Positions 62,910 to 64,000 of a stretch of 64,000 nucleotides of DNA are shown here, piece after piece. The position numbers and the translations under genes are program-made. Numbering within the stretch: the stretch's first letter is position 1; every line of letters starts with the position of its first letter. This stretch comes from Euprymna scolopes. Lineage: Eukaryota. Below the pieces are notes generated by a model. The model saw only the letters and a list, made by a program, of their open reading frames with translations. It searched no databases and had not been told where the DNA came from. Location of the stretch: the NCBI GenBank assembly GCA_053919585.1, contig CM132792.1, one strand, 5' to 3'.

Positions 62910-64000
62910 TATACGTGCATGTTTTCTTACCTTATAATACAATGTTGGGAAGAAGAAAGAATTCCAAATAGATGTGTAATTTCTTATTTTTTCTTGAACC
63001 CAGATTCACCTGGGTTAGTTAAACTGGTTCCTTCAAATGCATTTACTGCATCTTACACAAAAGCTGACCAAGGTTGGCAATCCATTGTTGGCAATAATTT
63101 TTTAACACTTTCAACAGCCTGTCACAGTTCCAATGGCGAATACCATAGATTGACAAACTTGGAATCAGTTCAGTATCTTGTTGAACGTTTCTAAGCCACT
63201 TTTTAAGCTGGCTGCTGCATCATTCATCAAACCTTAAGGAGGAACCGGTTGATGGCTTCTCTAATGGAGGCTTCTCTTGCTGAAAGTGGTGGGTGTGACC
63301 AGCTCAATGAAGGTGATTATGTGGCACTACGTTCAGACTGACATCAGTCAGTCAGGACACACACAGGATGCGACACACACAGCAATGACGTGTGATGCAA
63401 GCATCATCACTGCGTACAAGAATAAGTGTTACCATGGTGACTGCAATAACTACTGTGGAATTTTTCTCCTTAATTTTATTGGAAAAATCTTTGGTTGAAT
63501 CGTCCCCCAACAGCCTGCAGTTGTTTACAGAGCATGTATATGTGAGTAACAATATGAGCTTATAACAAGAAGATCAACTGTCGACATTACTTTTCTTTTG
63601 CGTATGAGAATTCCAGGACAAAATGTTACAAACAGAGGCAATTGCTGTACTTCACCTACACATTCAACAAATCAGAGGATGGAGTGTATCTCCATACCAG
63701 AGACAGTGGTAGAATTTTAAACCTTGGCCACATTTTAACTAAGACTAAAATGCATGACGTAAAATTTATGTGAGATGCTTTTTGCTGATGATGCACCACT
63801 GATGAGACACTCTGCAGAATCATTGCAGTGACTCATCCATTGCTTCGTGCATGCATGTAAAAGACTATCTTTGACCAATATGTATGCATCCTTGACCATA
63901 ACCAAAACACCAATATTGAGGCTGTCCAAAAATGTACATACATCGGCTCCAATGTATCCAGGAATATCTCTCTTGATGAAGAAATCACCGAATATATCAG

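Larger units (their letters stand above)
13786..64000 (+). repeat. Tandem macrosatellite / segmental array of ~13-14.4 kb units, each with one HMG-box gene (units ~13786-26834, 26835-40321, 40322-54719, 54720->64000 partial)
   Basis: The same ordered blocks recur; anchor ttttcagc(c/g)ttaagt.ctgacataaa at 13786, 26835, 40322, 54720. ATG-to-ATG spacings are 13542, 13477 and 13841 bp, and near-identical ORFs recur in the ORF track. Confidence 0.97.

Overview
AT-rich, transposon-littered animal (invertebrate-type) genomic DNA with three short assembly gaps. From ~13.8 kb to the end it is a head-to-tail tandem array of ~13-14.4 kb units (three complete, one partial). Each unit carries one intact, single-ORF (apparently intronless) 412-413 aa HMG-box gene (ATGs at 15740, 29282, 42759, 56600) embedded in dead Gypsy, RTE, CR1-like and TIR/MITE debris. 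By eye the HMG box is a divergent Sox-type box closest to SoxH/SOX30 (NG.VK.P.NA..VW ... S.EQKKPY..EA..IK..H), with several base-contacting positions changed. The protein ends in an acidic-hydrophobic, activation-domain-like tail. The four copies are near-identical but mosaic (all three possible 2-vs-2 groupings occur), their HMG boxes are invariant, and two carry a LINE fragment ~450 bp upstream of the ATG. The first ~14 kb is an older, more diverged relic of the same spacer, interrupted by a degenerate near-full-length CR1-like LINE, a Helitron, a 5S-derived fragment and a Merlin-like element filled with a minisatellite. Best candidate for a new system: an amplified, concertedly evolving macrosatellite of a SoxH-like transcription factor, architecturally analogous to D4Z4/DUX4 or ampliconic testis genes. 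Function, expression, species and true copy number cannot be determined from this sequence.
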